Below are positions 31,734-49,077 of a DNA stretch of 64,000 bases, in pieces (the stretch's first letter is position 1; each line of letters starts with the position of its first letter). The notes beneath the pieces were generated by a model. It ran no database searches, was not told where the DNA came from, and saw nothing but the letters and a program-made list of their open reading frames with translations. Origin of the DNA: the human T2T-CHM13v2.0 reference genome, Homo sapiens; the NCBI RefSeq assembly GCF_009914755.1, contig NC_060932.1; one strand, 5' to 3'. The translations under genes were made by a program, and so were the position numbers.

Positions 31734-32394
31734 AGTGGTGGTGTCTGTGGCAATAGCAATAGTGGCAGTGGTAGTGGTGGTAGTGATGGTGGTAGTGGTA
31801 GCAGCAGTGATGGTGATGGTGCTTGTGAGGATGGCAGTAATGGTGGTGGTGGTGGTGGTAGTGATGGTGGTGACAGGGGTGATGGTGGCAGTGGTAATGG
31901 TGGTGGTTGTGGTGGTTATGGTAGTGATGGTGATGATGGTGGTGGTTGTGTTGATGATGAGGTGATTGTGGTGGTGGCAATGGTGATGGTGGCGATGGTG
32001 ATGGTGATGGTGGTAGCAGTGATGGCAGTGGTTATAGTGGTGGTGGTTATGGTGGTGATGGTGGCAGTGGTGAGGGTGGTGGTTGTGTTGATAGTGGTAG
32101 TGGTGGGGGTGGGGGTTGGGGTGGTGTTTGTGGTGGTGACGATGGTGGTGGCAGTGACAGTGGTGGTTGTGGTGGTTATAGTGGTGATGGTGGTTTTGGT
32201 GGTCACAGTGGAGAGAGTGGTGGTAGTGAGGGTGGTGGTGATGATGGTGATGGTGGCGATGGTGATAATGGTGATGGTGATGGTGGTGATGGTAGTGATG
32301 GTGGTGCTGGTGATGGCAGTGGTAGTGATGGTGATGGTGGTGGTGGCAGCGGTGATGCCGGTGGTTGTGGTGGCAGTAGTGGCAAAAGTAGCAG
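31734..32394. repeat. Degenerate (GGT/GAT/AGT)n triplet low-complexity tract, ~660 bp
   Basis: ggtggtagtgatggtggtgatgg...; source of the poly-V/G, poly-H and poly-T pseudo-ORFs. Confidence 0.95.
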
Positions 32395-32802
32395 TGTATT
32401 AATTCACTTTGCATTGCTATAAAGGAATACCTGAGGCTGGCTAATTTACAGGGAGAAGAGGTTTTATTTGGGCCCATAGTTCCACATCCTGTACAAGCAC
32501 GGAGCTGGCCTCTGCTTCTGGTGAGGGCCTGAGGAAGCTTCCATTCATGGCAGAAGAGGGCAAAGCGGGAGCAGGCAGTCACACAGTGAGGGGAGAGGGG
32601 AGGAGGCACCAGGCTCTTTTGAACAACCAGCACTAATGAGAACTAACAGAGTGAAAACTCATTCATTCCCATGAGACGAGCACCCAGCCATTCATCAGGG
32701 ATCCACCCCCATGACCCAAAACCCCCCACCAGCCCCCCCTCCAACACTGGGGATGATACTTCAACATGAGAGGTGGAGAGGACACACACCTAAACCACAG
32801 CA
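32395..32802. mobile_element. MST (MSTB-like) MaLR solo LTR
   Basis: tgtattaattcactttgcattgctataaaggaatacctgaggctgg...ccaacactgggga...tcaacatgag...aaaccacagca. Confidence 0.85.
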
Positions 32803-35337
32803 AGTAGTAACTTGTGTGAGAACAAATCTGAGTGCTTACATGCCAAGCACTGTCTCAAGTGCTTCACACATATTATCTCATTTAATTCTCAGTTAAATCA
32901 ATGAGATGTAGGTACCATTCTTAGTGTTATTTTACAGAACAGTAGGGCCAGACAGTGCCCTCCCCAGAGGTCTGGGTGCCCCGAGCTGAGACTCCAGCAC
33001 CGGAGCCGGGACACTCCTCTGAGGTCTCAGTTGCCGCTCCTGGGTACTTCCTCTCAACTTCTGGGCCACACTCGTCCAACCTCTTCACAGGCTGTGCCAG
33101 CCCAGGGCAGGAGCTGCCTCCCTCCTCGCACTTCCTGTTGCTTTACATTATCTTTGCCTCTCAAACACTCTGCACCTGTCAGCCATTGTTCATAGCGATT
33201 CTTTCTGTTCTGGTGTGGCCTGTCTCCTGCCTGGCCCCGGAGTGACACAAGGAGGGACCTGGCCACCGACAGCTGTGATCCAGCTCGGCTTGGGCTGCTA
33301 TGCCACTAGTTCCCTTATCCTAGAGACAGGCCGCCCGTGTTTTTGTTATTGAAAATGCAGGTGAGGCTTGCAGTGAAGCCTTTCACACACAGGTTGTGTG
33401 ATCAGTGAGCTCCAATGCCTCCTTCCCCTCCCACCCCAGGCCTCCCCTTTCTTGGCCAAAGGCCTGGCACAGAAAAGGTAACCCCTCGGCATTCCTGCTG
33501 CTCCAGGCATCTGCCCAGGCCCCTCTGCCTGGCTTTCATTGTTGGGGTACTTTTGGGTGCTGCGTTGCCTACTCGGGGAACAGCTTTTCCTTAGTCCTCC
33601 CAGAGTCCCACTTCCGCTCTCGCCCTCCCTCTAACCCAGTTTCCACGACACCTGTGGCCGATGCTTTGTTACGGGGGGTTGAAATGATTTCCTTGTTTCA
33701 CAGGGAATGGTTTTATTTTCACTGTTTCTTCATACTTTGTTGTTCGGGGGAGATTTCAAGAGAAAGAGTAGAATAAAAATGCTACTCTTCTGCCATCTTT
33801 ATGCAGAAACCATGCCAAATTAACAACTGCCAGCAGGTTCTGTACTGGGCCCCGGCTCCCCAGGGGATGGGACCACCTCCCTGTGATCTCCTTGGGGCTG
33901 AAGCGAAGCCTAAGATGAATGCAAGAACCACTCCTCAGGGACAAGGGAGCAAGACGAACACATCAGACTTGCATTTTTAATAACTATTTAGCATATAACA
34001 ATTTGCCACTTATGGCCTCACTCAATAAAAAATACACTTGTTATTCCATGTTGTGTGACTAGCACTGAAAGGAAAAAGGAAAAAAAAAACCCACAGAAAA
34101 GGGAAGGATTCAAGACAAGAAAATATAAAATGAGTGTGCACCGACAAGCTACAGGTGACTTCCTGCTCCATGCCCACTCCCTGCTCTGGGCACACCCGGC
34201 CCTCCTGAGCAAGAACACAAGGTGGGCTGCCCCACGGCTCCAGCCCCGTGACCATGCACACAAATCACTAGAGGACAAGCCTGGGTCCCTCCCCAGGGCA
34301 AGGCTCCTTCCAGGGCAGACACGGACCGGGAGAATGGGTTAGACAATGCGGACGCAAAGCTTCGTGCTTTACTTCCTACAGACACAGATTTCTATCAAAA
34401 TCAGTGGAAGAAATATGGGAATACAAGATACCCTGAAATTCTCCAGAGCGGTACAAGCCCAAATTAACCCTTTCTTACACACTCCAAACTCATTCTCTCA
34501 TGACATAATTCTTTGCCTGCAAATTCTCCCAAGCTCAGCCCTGGACCTTCCCTCAAGCTGGAACTAACCAGAGGGTCTGTGGCTCTACCTCTAAGAAACT
34601 TGGTTTGTCGCATTATAATGTCATTAGCATGGGGAGGGAGCCCTCTGCCAGGAAGTAACATGTGATTAGTACATCATCTACTGGAAACTTAACCAGAACC
34701 AGTCAAACTCCCCTTGTATGCCTGGTTCATCTCACCCATACGTCAAAAGCACATAAAACACCCCAAAGTCCTGCTAACTTGCTTTCCCTTTTTCATTCTC
34801 TGTCTGGTCTCACTAGCCTACAATTTCTCTAACTGTATTAAATTACCCGGTTTTATTTCCACATATTACTCTTGATACTTTTCCCTCCTCCTATACAATA
34901 CATTCCCCTTTGATCAATGCACTCGCCAGCCTCTGACACACCAGGTGTCCTGCCAAACACGACCTCCCTAGTTCACTCTTGTAATGTATGTGCTAAATAC
35001 TACCCCCCCTATTTATCCAAGAGGAAATCGAGGCACAGGAGTAACAGTTCCCCAAGGACAAATAGCTAGTAAATGGTGAAGTCCAAACTTCAACACAGGT
35101 CCCCTGACCCCAAACTACACGAGCTGGATGCATGATGGGTTGGATCCCAAACAGACTCTTTCCAGGCCTGCTAATGCTTCTCTCCCATTCATTGAAGAAA
35201 TAGTTCTGCTGAGTAGCTGATGGATGCTGAGGTCTGGGAAAGGGCACTGGGGGTACAGAGGTGTGTGCTCGGTCCCACTGTCTTCTGCTGTGTGTCTTTC
35301 ATGAAGAACTGGTTTCCCACTGTCATGATGGCACCAA

Positions 35338-35418
35338 GCCTCCCCAAGGCTCCTGCACTCAAGCTCTCAGCCTGTAAGCCCTCGCCTGACTTCTACTGAC
35401 TTCAACTGAATCCACAAA
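35338..35418. repeat. Copy 1 of 81-bp dispersed direct repeat
   Basis: gcctccccaaggctcctgcactcaagctctcagcctgtaagccctcgcctgacttctactgacttcaactgaatccacaaa. Confidence 0.95.
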
Positions 35419-35497
35419 GAAGTTTTTAGATTCTCTGAAAACTGAGAATTTAAAGTATCTCTTCTACAAGTAAACAATACAAACATTCCCAGGGTCA

Positions 35498-35701
<204 letters not shown>

Positions 35702-36365
35702 TTAAAGAAGAAAGAAGGAAGAAGCCAAGGCCATTTGAAAATTACTCACTTCCCAAAGAAGAATCACCATACTCATGCATTTCAGAAACAGGGGCTAGGA
35801 AATCTGGGCTTCATATATGGAGTTCAGTATCCAGCTCTCAGGAATGGAAAGTGAGCTGCCACATGCCTCATGCTTTCCTCATGCAGACACGTCCAGGTCT
35901 TTGTGTGTCATAAACATGAACACCCTCACTCAGCCTTCATTTCTCAGGCATATGTGAAGCATAAAAATACTTAATTACTAAGTTATGGGGTATAAAAATT
36001 ACATGATGAATTCATTCAAATAAACCATGAGGCCGCTGTTCTCTCAAAATCTAAAAAATGTCATGCTTAGAAGTACCTTGGGAAACTCCATAGATTTAAG
36101 AGGAAAATGTATACCAACCATTCCAGCTGCTAACATAGAGCTGAGGCCAAAGAGGAAACAGAAGCTGTCCCACAGACCCCTTCTTACAGGTACAAACTGT
36201 AAGGAATGCCCACCAACACCTGGCGTCACATGAGGGCAGCTGGGCCAGGCCCTGGGGTCAGGCAGTATCTGTGGGGCTCCATCCTCACACCAGTCAGGTG
36301 AGGCCCTGGACTACGGGACAGGCCAAGGCAGCCAAGCCAGATGAACGTGCAACACAGAAGCCAGG

Positions 36366-36446
36366 GCCTCCCCGAGGCTCCTGCACTCAAGCTCTCAGCC
36401 TGTGAGCCCTCACCTGACTTCTATTGACTTTAACTGAATCCACAAA
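36366..36446. repeat. Copy 2 of 81-bp dispersed direct repeat
   Basis: gcctccccgaggctcctgcactcaagctctcagcctgtgagccctcacctgacttctattgactttaactgaatccacaaa; 5 mismatches to copy 1. Confidence 0.95.
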
Positions 36447-37770
36447 ACTAATTGTCCTGGTTGCATCCTTCCCAATCCACAGGCTGCAAACAGTGGGTTG
36501 GGAAGGAGGTCACTGGTGATCACAGAGAAAATATATCTGGTAGCACAGTGGGGACAAATGCCAGCAGATGACAAATAGAGGCATGTGACAGGTGAGGTTA
36601 AACACACACACGGCTCCCTGGAGAAGTTTGGCCACAGGACAAAGGGGCAGACAGAGGAGGTGGCCAGAGCGGGGAGGCCAACATGTTCTCCTGGGGCCTG
36701 AAGGTTTCCTGAGTACCCCACTACCTTCTTCCTGTCCCTGAAGGATTTCCACAGAGAGCCACAATTAGTCCAGCATACTTGAGCCAACATCGTGTGCTTA
36801 GTGCATCCAGAAATGGCTCATGAAGTCAACTAAGCGGACTGTGGACCACCCCACTCCAGACACTCTCCAGCAGTCTTTCCAATGCCCAGCTCCTCCTGGC
36901 CCTGCTCCCGGTCACAGCACACAGGATCGGAGTCGGATCTCCTTCCCACGCCGAAGCACTTGGTGTCACACACTATTGGTCCAAAGGACAGAAAAGAATG
37001 TTCCAGACTCAGACCTCTGCCACCCAAGGGAAGAAATGCTGCTTAACACAAGCCAAGCTCATGGTGCCAGGCACGTGTTTCCTGGGGGCTTCCAGATACA
37101 GACTCTGATAGAGGAGCTTCTGCATCCAAACCAAATTTTGGTGAAACAATTGCATAATAAATCAAGGTGAGCTCCTTGGAATTTAAATATCTTTAACGTT
37201 CATGAGTCAAGAAATAAACTTCCTCTGTCAAGGAAGGAAAATTGGACTCGTGTCCTTACCATCAAGGGCTTTTTCCCACCTTTCAGCAGGCAGCCTTTCT
37301 CAAGCAAAAGTTTATAGTCAATGTGGATTTGCAGAGAAGGTATCGGAAAAACATAAAACACTGCCAAGATTCACTATTTTGTGTCTCAAACAACAGGATT
37401 TTGAAACAAAACAAAACAACGCTTCACCTGGCAGTCACAGGGCCTGGGCCTAACACAGGCCCTGACGGTCCCAGCTGCAGCATCCCAGTTGTCATGAGCA
37501 GTGGAGCTTGGGTGGGAATCGGGCTGGCACTGAAAAGGAGCTGAGTCCTGAACAGGCCATGGCACTAAAGAGATGGCAGCAGGGACCCCACTCCAGCCAA
37601 GGTCAGGCCCCCAGGGAGGGGCTGCAGAGGCTGGGCAAGGGTCAGGTCCAGTCTCCTAGGAGGAGATGAGGACCGGGAGCTTCTTGGCAGAGAGAAACTC
37701 CAATGTGGGACTATGGGCAAACTGTGGGAGGTAGGAGTAAGGTCTATGGCGACGAGACTCTCTTGTTTAA

Positions 37771-38266
<496 letters not shown>

Positions 38267-40194
38267 TGACAATATTTTTATCTTGCATTATCAGCTCCTA
38301 CCCAGCCAGGCAACTGGCACATAGCAGGTACTCACTAAGTATGTATTGAACAAATTAATAAGCATCTCAAACTTGAACCACTGTGCGACACAGAAAAGCA
38401 CGCTAGCAGTAGTCAAGATGGGCCTGGGACAGAGTGGCCTGCTGCACACTTCACAGCTGCCTCCTGCTGAGCCTCACCCTGTGCAGTGCATCTCTGTATG
38501 GCTGCCTGGCCATGGAGAGGGCCGGACAACGCAATTCCACAGGAGATGCCATCAGGCCGCCTGCTCCTGACCTCTGCCCTCATCACTGTCAGTGCTCAAG
38601 GCACCACTCCCGCCAGGCTCCATCTGGGCACCCGCGACTCCCATCCTGGAATGCTCTCTGCCACATCCCACTGGCTGCCTACCAGCTCTGCTCCTCTGCG
38701 CGTCTCCTCGGCAGAGGCCTTTCCTGAGAAGTTCCCTGCAAAGCAAGCCTGGCCATCTGACACTGCTTCGCAAAGTGACCTGCCTTCTGTCTCTGAAGGC
38801 CTGCCTCTTCTGGACATCTCATCTCATCTGACCCACTGTGTTTTCATCACAGCGCTGAATTCTCCTGCGCCATGGTCTGTATTTATTGGGTTGGTTGACT
38901 TGTTGTTCCCTCTTCTTTGCATTTTCTTCCATGCTTGATTATCTGACCAATTGTTGTGGATCTTGTAAGGCCCAGTTTAATACCACATCTTCTGTGAAGC
39001 CTTCCCGAACCCCAAAGACAGGGTCAACCTCTACTTTGTTTTTATATTACAGGGCCAGTTAGCAAATTTGACTCTAGTTAGTCTGAGTACCTCCTTCCAG
39101 ACTGAGAGCTCATACAAGGGCAGCGGCCTAGGTCGAGGGCATTTTTTATTCATTGCATTTTTTATTAATTGCTAGTCCTACAGCACAGAGCCTAAAGCAC
39201 ATGGTAGGTGTCGATAAACGTTTGTGAGTAAATTTAATGAATCAGTCACTGGAATGTTCATATTAGATTAATAACAATCAAAACTCAAAGAATAGTCACA
39301 TTTTATTTCAGGAAGTCACCTTAGAAAAATATATACATTATATACAATTTTTTAAAATAAGAAATAAAAAGCAAACATTTTAACTCCAAATCGGTTCCAC
39401 TGGACCCTCCTCCTCCAGCCCCTGGTCCTCATCAGGACCATGCTGGGATCCACATTCCTCCCCAGGGCCCAGGCTCGGTGCCGTGGTGGCCGCCCACAGC
39501 AGCACATCTTGTTGAGAGGTAGCAGGTACCAGAGCATGCATGCACCCCCGTCACAGTGCATCCGCAGGACAATAAAAATGGGGGGTCAGAGGCATTATCT
39601 TTGGAAATGATTCTAAACACAGGAGAAAAATGTGGGGTGGACAAAGAGAAGCAGCTAGAGGACCTGCTTTCTTCACTGCCTTTTACAGCTGGCAGGGACC
39701 TTCGGGGACACCTTATTAGCAGGACAAATGACAAAGTTAAAGTACCTCTTCTCAAGTTATTTTTCCTTTTTGGTGATCTGCCCTTAGCGTTTCTTCGCCT
39801 TAAGCCACCCCCCGCCCTTTTGCTGGAGCGCTGGCCGGAGCTTGCTAAGCTGGAGATGGAGCCACGATCTCCTTTATGAGCTCTCTCAGTGCCCACCTCC
39901 AGCTTTCGTTGGGCGGCTGGTGCCCTGCACAGGCCTGTGAGCGCGTGCCGTGACACTGTAGCTGAAGCTAGTGTCCTTCCTAGCCTAGCGCCCACTGGGT
40001 GCCACAGTTCTACGGACAGCAGTGGCAGAATTTCAGCAGCCAAAGCCAGAGCTGGGAGTCTGAGCGTCTGGCTGTTCAAGCTAATGTGCTTGGAAGCGTC
40101 CAGGCCCGGGAAGTCCTGGTGGCAGGCTCGGCGGAAATCATGTGTCCATCCAACACTGAAGCCTTGCCAAAATTCATCTTTCTAAACAGCATGT

Positions 40195-41620
<1,426 letters not shown>

Positions 41621-42080
41621 TAAATGTTGTCTGTGTTTCATTTTATTCCCCGGTTATACGTCAGTGTCTCCACCTCTCCTTCCTCTGTTGAAGACCGCCC
41701 TGCCTGCTCTTGCACCCAGCCAATTCCTCCTCCCTCCCATCGAGCCTGTTGTCGCCTCCTGGAAGAACTCTTCCCTGAGTCTGTGACCTCCCCCAGCACA
41801 TGGGACCTCCCGCATCACAGTCCTGACGACAGTGCACTGTGATTATTCGGCGACTTGTCAATTTCTCCACTTGACAGAACTTCCCGTGAGGACAGAGACC
41901 AGGACTGTCATGATCAGTGCTACAGCCCCATCACCCAGCACAGCAACTGGCAAATGAAAGGGTCTATTGAACACATGAATGGGCTTTAAAAACATTTCAG
42001 AAAATCCCAAGACACATTTTATAAAAATGGCCAAAAGGATATCCATTAAGTGTTATTCGTAAGTGCAAAAATTAAGAACA

Positions 42081-42472
<392 letters not shown>

Positions 42473-42802
42473 TTAATGGGTATGCAATTTTGAGATATCT
42501 TTATGATGCGCTTTGTTGAAGCAATTAAAATTGAATTTTCTCAAGAATTTGTAAAGGCATGAAGAAAAGCTTACGTTACGTGGTTATGCAAAAAGTAATC
42601 TATAATACTATATATGATGTCATGTAATCTCAACTATTCAAATACATATTTTTAAATAGGATGGATAAAACACTGGAAGGAAATATCACAACAAATCATT
42701 TACAGTAATTGCTTCTGGGACTCCTGAGATTTCTTTTTCTTTCTTTTTTATGTTTTCCTGTAACGCTAAAAAACAAATAAACAAGATCAAAACTATTTCT
42801 TA

Positions 42803-43111
<309 letters not shown>

Positions 43112-43148
43112 TTAATTAAAATATAATATAATATAAAAGTTTAATTAA

Positions 43149-43455
<307 letters not shown>

Positions 43456-43747
43456 AAAATTCCCTATGTTTTTAAGGGAATTCCTAAATTCCCTAATTTT
43501 GTTTTCAAAAGAATTATGATTCCATAGGCTAATTTCACATTCTGTTCTGATCATGGTAAGAAAGATTTCAACTTTGTTCTAATTCATTTTAAGCAAAGCG
43601 TATTGATGTTGCTTATCTTACAGAAATCCTTCACCTATATTCTGGTCATAAGAATTACAGGCTCTTTGTGCCATTAAAAAAAAAAAAAATGTAGGACCAA
43701 AAATGATGCCTCAGAGCCACTCTGCTCTGTGACCCTCGTGCACACTA

Positions 43748-43903
<156 letters not shown>

Positions 43904-45129
43904 TCACTCCACTGGCAAGGCTTTGGGTCTCACGCCCACGGCTGAAGCAGTGCGAAGAGTACGGGGCTCCTCTTCAGAAGACCTGAGTTCCGAAGCTGCC
44001 CGGGGCCCGCCGGCGCTCACCCACACTCCCGCCCTCAACCCCACGACCCTCACTGTCCTCGTACGTGATGGGGAGGATAACAGCATCTGCATTCCTGTTT
44101 CACAAGGCTGGCTGGGCCCAAATGAAAGACTATATATGTGAAGGTCCTTGTAAACTATAAATATCTACTTAATAATCAGTATCTCATCCCTTTACTCATT
44201 TGCTTTTCAGATTTATCCATCTCTAAAACGAGAATGTTAATATTCTTTCCCAGGACATAATGTGACTTAATGAGTATGTGAAAAATGCTTCAAAGCTTTC
44301 TGTTGAGAGATGAAAGTTCACACACGAGCCAATTGTTATTGTAGCTGCTGCTGATATGGCAGATGTGCTGTGTGTGTATAAGCACCATAATTTAAGATTA
44401 GCAAATTTCCCATGTTAAAAAAAAAGTCCACTGGTTAGATAATCACTTGAAATTGTTTAAGCAAAGCTTTAAAATGGCTTTTGAAATTTCACGAGATAAT
44501 TATTATAAACAACATTCACTCTGTAACAAAATTAAACAATACCCCATGGCTAGATGCCTAGGGTGACAACTTTTCTGCATTCATATGAAACTATTCCATA
44601 CTAAAAGGAGAGGCAGGCACTCCCTCGTGGGCAAATCAGGGACCTTACACAGCCTCAGTCAGCCCCGTGCTCACCTCCTGCCAGCTTAAAGCTGCCCTAT
44701 CAACACAACTCCCATTCAGAGCAGCCACGCTTCCTCTAAAGTATACCTCTTCAAAGACGTCTTAAACTGGCAAACATTCTCCTTCCCAAAACCACATCTT
44801 GCACTAATGTCCTTTCTATAAAACCTGGTATGACATGGTTTTGTCTGCTAAGCAGCCATTATTTTGCAATTCTTAATTTAAGTCAGTCATTTTCCTTTTC
44901 TTACCTGTTGCTTAAAATAACTGCCATATAAACCCAAAAGTCTGAGGACAAATAGCACATTACAATGTCTGATAATACAAGGTCAGTCCTTTTGACCTTG
45001 TTCCCAAAGCGGGCTAAAAATGAACACTCACTAGTCTGGACCCAGGATAAACAACCAAGAACTGCGTGACTAAGGCTCTGACTCCTCAACTGTGAACACA
45101 CTAGTTACGGTTATGTGCTATTCTGAATC

Positions 45130-47100
45130 AAGCCCTTCACTCCTCGTTACTCCTCTCTCATCCATTCCTATCTCCTATGCTCCACTGCCAGGCCACGGCT
45201 ATGGGCCTACCTCTGTCCCTTTCTCCCTGGGTCATCGCTGAAGCTTGATCACTGCTGTCCCTGCCTCCAGTCCTTCCCATCTCAACAGGGATCCTGGATC
45301 CTGAGGGATGGCTCTGAACTGCCCACCTGACCACATCTCTCTTCAAATAACGCAGCAGCCCCAATGCCCTCCAGAGAAAGCCAGCATCCTTTGGCACCGT
45401 GTGTAAGAACCCAGGTCGGCCCTCTGCCTCCCTTCCAGCCTGTCTCATCTCTGCCACCCTGGCCTGGACCACCCACTCTGACCACCCCCAGGTCCCCCAA
45501 ATGTACCATGTTCTCTCTTACCACCACGTTGTTCTTTCTGCCTGGAACCCTCTTTCTGCCCCCTGTGGACTCCCCCCACAGCCCACCCCCATTCATTTGA
45601 ATAGTTCCTAGTTAGCCTTCAAGCCTCAGGGTCACTGACCCACTCACTCTCCCCGCTGGGTCCATGCCCAGAGTCATTCGCTCCCACGGCCACTCCACTC
45701 CGTATTCCCACTTGGGGCAGCACACCCTCACCTACGATTACACCTGCCTCACTCACCCGTAGGGAGCACCCTTCCAGCAAATGTTTGCTCTTCCAGGCAA
45801 CAAACACACACTGAAGACCTACTGTGTGCCAGGCTCCACAATAGGCACGGAGCTGCAGCTGAGCGAGACACACGAGGCCAGCAAGGAATCTATTGCACAG
45901 AGTCAGGAAGGAGGCCACCGCACAGGGGCCTAGGCCAGCGAGCCCATGCCGAGGAAGGCTCCCGGAGGAAGGAAAGCCTGTGCTGAGGACTGAGGGAAGC
46001 CCAGGAGCCGGCCAGGGTGATAAGCACTCGATGGGACACAGGCAAAGCCTCGGAAAGCCTGGAAAGCTGCCAGAACTAAAGAGTCTTCGGAGACTGAAGT
46101 AGGAGGGGAGAGGCAGAGAGGAGGTTGCGGAGGCCAGCAGGAGCCGGACCACACTGGGCTCCAGAGCAACACTTAAGGACTGGGCCTTGATAACAAGGGC
46201 CTGGCGACAGCTGTGAGGCTCCCAGTTGAGAGATGTCAGGGGCATATTCACACTAGGAAGATCGCCGGGCCACAGATGGGAGGTGGGTCTGTTAGCAAGC
46301 AAGACCAGGGCAAAAACACCAGTCCCAGTGCTTTTGTGACAAACCCTAGAAGAGTTATGATCTGCAAGACCGGAAGGGGCAGTGGAGGTGGAGAGAAGCA
46401 GCAGTTCTCAGGAAGCACTGAGGGAGGGAGGTGGGGGTGCTGTGACAGACAGCGAGGGTCAGGATGACCCCCAAGAACCCGTTAGGGCAAATGGCTGATG
46501 GGAATGCCCGCACTGAGATGGAGGCTTGACGGGGGCAGGGGCAGTTTTGGGGAGGCGAGGTAGGGAGTTCTGATTTGCATGTATTATATGCGAGGCGCCC
46601 AGGGGCCAGCTGGGAAGGGCTGGAGGTGCAGGCTGGGAAGAAGTCCAGCCCTGGAAATCATCTGCACATTGGAGGAACTGGAAGACAGCAAGGCCAGGGC
46701 ATCGGTGGGATCACCTAAGGTAGCCTGTGGAAGAGGAAGAGTTAACAGGGCCAGGGAACACAGGGCGAGAGATGGGGAAGGAAAGAAGTGGGGTGTGAGG
46801 AAGGCCTGACTGAGGAGTGGGCTGCAGAAGACAAAAGAGACCCAAACAGAAGGGCCAGAGAGGCAGTAAAACATCCAGAGAGGCAGGGTCACAGCAGCTA
46901 GAGCAGAGAGGCGGTAAAGTATCCAGAGGGTAGGCTCGCAGCAGCCAGAGGAGAGGGCATGCCTAGTGGAGGGTCAGCCAGGGACTCAAAGGGCACTGAG
47001 GAGCGAATTTAGAAACAAAACTGAAAAGTAGGCCCTGTATTTAGCCCAAAAAATACTGCTTGTGACAGGAGTTTTGGGGAAGTGAAAAGGGCTGAGTCCA
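45130..47100. mobile_element. Decayed L2-like fragments (apparently both orientations)
   Basis: Pyrimidine-rich then purine-rich blocks with L2-like phrases (caaacacacactgaagacctactgtgtgccaggc). Confidence 0.45.
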
Positions 47101-47369
47101 GGATGTAGAGGGTTAAAGGCCCTCTGCAAAGGGGAGATTCAGCGTGTGTAGACACCCTCTGAGGAGTTCCAGCAAGAAGGAGCAGGAGGAAGGAAGGCTC
47201 ACTGGAGGAAGACAGCAGAAAGGAGACGAAGCAGAGGGAGGAGGGGCATGGGCAGTGGGGTCAGAGCACAGGAAGGACCCCTCCCACCACCACACATCCC
47301 GCACCCCACGAACAGGTTTTTTTCATGCTTCCCAAAGAGACAAGGTCTTCATTATCTTCTAACTGGTTA

Positions 47370-47594
<225 letters not shown>

Positions 47595-47918
47595 CTAAAC
47601 CAAGCGACGCAGCATCGTAAGCCCGGAGCAAACCTACTGTGTGTGCTCAGTTCCAAATGAGCCTTAAGACATTGGCTATGGCACATCGGAACTGCTGGAA
47701 TAAAATCACCAACAGTCTTCACAGAGAACTTCGGAGACAGTGTACAGTGTAACACAAAACCACCTAAACATGGTAAGCACTGCAGGTGCTCAGGCGATAA
47801 ACCACGGATCCACTTGATTTCAGCCCTGTTTGCTGTCTGATATTTATCATTTTACCAAATGGGAATGTGAACACAAAGAGAAAATATTTTATTTATAAAC
47901 AAAAATAAATAAAAACAT

Positions 47919-48212
47919 GGCTGGGCATGGTGGCTCACACCTGTAATCCCAACACTTTGGGAGGCCAAGGTGGAAAGAACACTTGAGCCCCAGGAGACCA
48001 AGACCAACCTGGGCAACACAGTAAGACCCCATCTCTACAAAAAAAATTTTTAATTAGCCAGGGAAGGTGGCACGCACCTGTGGTCCCAACTACTTGGGAG
48101 ACTGAGGTGGGATGATCACCCGAGCCCAGGAGGCTGAGGCTGCAATGATCACACCACTGCACTCCAGCGTGGGGGACAGAGTGAGACCCTATCTCAATCA
48201 ATCAATCAATAA
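47919..48212 (+). mobile_element. Alu (AluJ-like) with (TCAA)n tail
   Basis: Dimer; cttgagccc/gatcacc J-like features. Confidence 0.9.
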
Positions 48213-49032
48213 AGTGTGGAACTATACCACCAGTTAATATCCCTGCCACACATCTGTGAGTTATCAACTTATTTCGGTATGTACTAAGCTTACTAGTACA
48301 GGCACTAAGCTTGCTAGTGAACAAAACAGGCAGATTCCCTGGCCTCAAGACGGTGGCCCATGATTGGAAGCAGTACAGGTATGTCAGCCCTCAGGACTTC
48401 TCAGCATTGTAACAGAGGTCCTACTCAGGGCACTAAAGCAAGAAAAAGGAAGAAAAGTCATACAGGCAATTACTCACAGAAAACAAAACCAGGGTCAGAA
48501 AACGCTATGGAATCTACAATGAAACTTGAACTTTCGAGTACATTTAGCAAAGTGACAGAGTCAGAAAAAAAAGGCGTTATTTCTATAGTTTAGCAATAAG
48601 CAATTGGGTAAAATATCATTAACAAGCGATCAAAACCGTCAACTACATTAGAATAAACCTAACAAATGACAGGCAAGGTTTCATAACAGTTACAGAACAC
48701 TGCTGAGATAAAGAAGCCCTGGGCGAAGGGGGAAATCCTGGATTCTTTTTAGCGGGTTGGTTTTCTGCAGCAGTATGGTCAAAGCTACCCCGCAACTATC
48801 TCAGATATGACAGGACTGAGCATCTAAGTAGATGTGCTGATGTTGGGAGCCCGAGTTCTCACGCGGGAAGAAAGGACACACACAGATGGAGGAAGGCAAG
48901 CACCCTCTGGAGAAGTGCTGGAAAGCGAGGGTCCCCGTGAACAGGGCAGATGCTACATGCATGTCTATGGTGCAGACGCAGGGGTATACACATGTGTACA
49001 TATATGTAGGCATATGGGTTTAGATATATATA

Positions 49033-49034
<2 letters not shown>

Positions 49035-49075
<41 letters not shown>
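49035..49075. repeat. (TG)n microsatellite within an old L1M remnant
   Basis: ~20 TG units. Confidence 0.95.

Positions 49076-49077
<2 letters not shown>

Noticed and set aside
31662-32633. Long ORFs (246 aa Gly/Val-rich; 301 aa His/Thr-rich)
   Set aside because: Artefacts of a stop-poor triplet repeat running into an LTR; open in several frames on both strands, with no gene structure.
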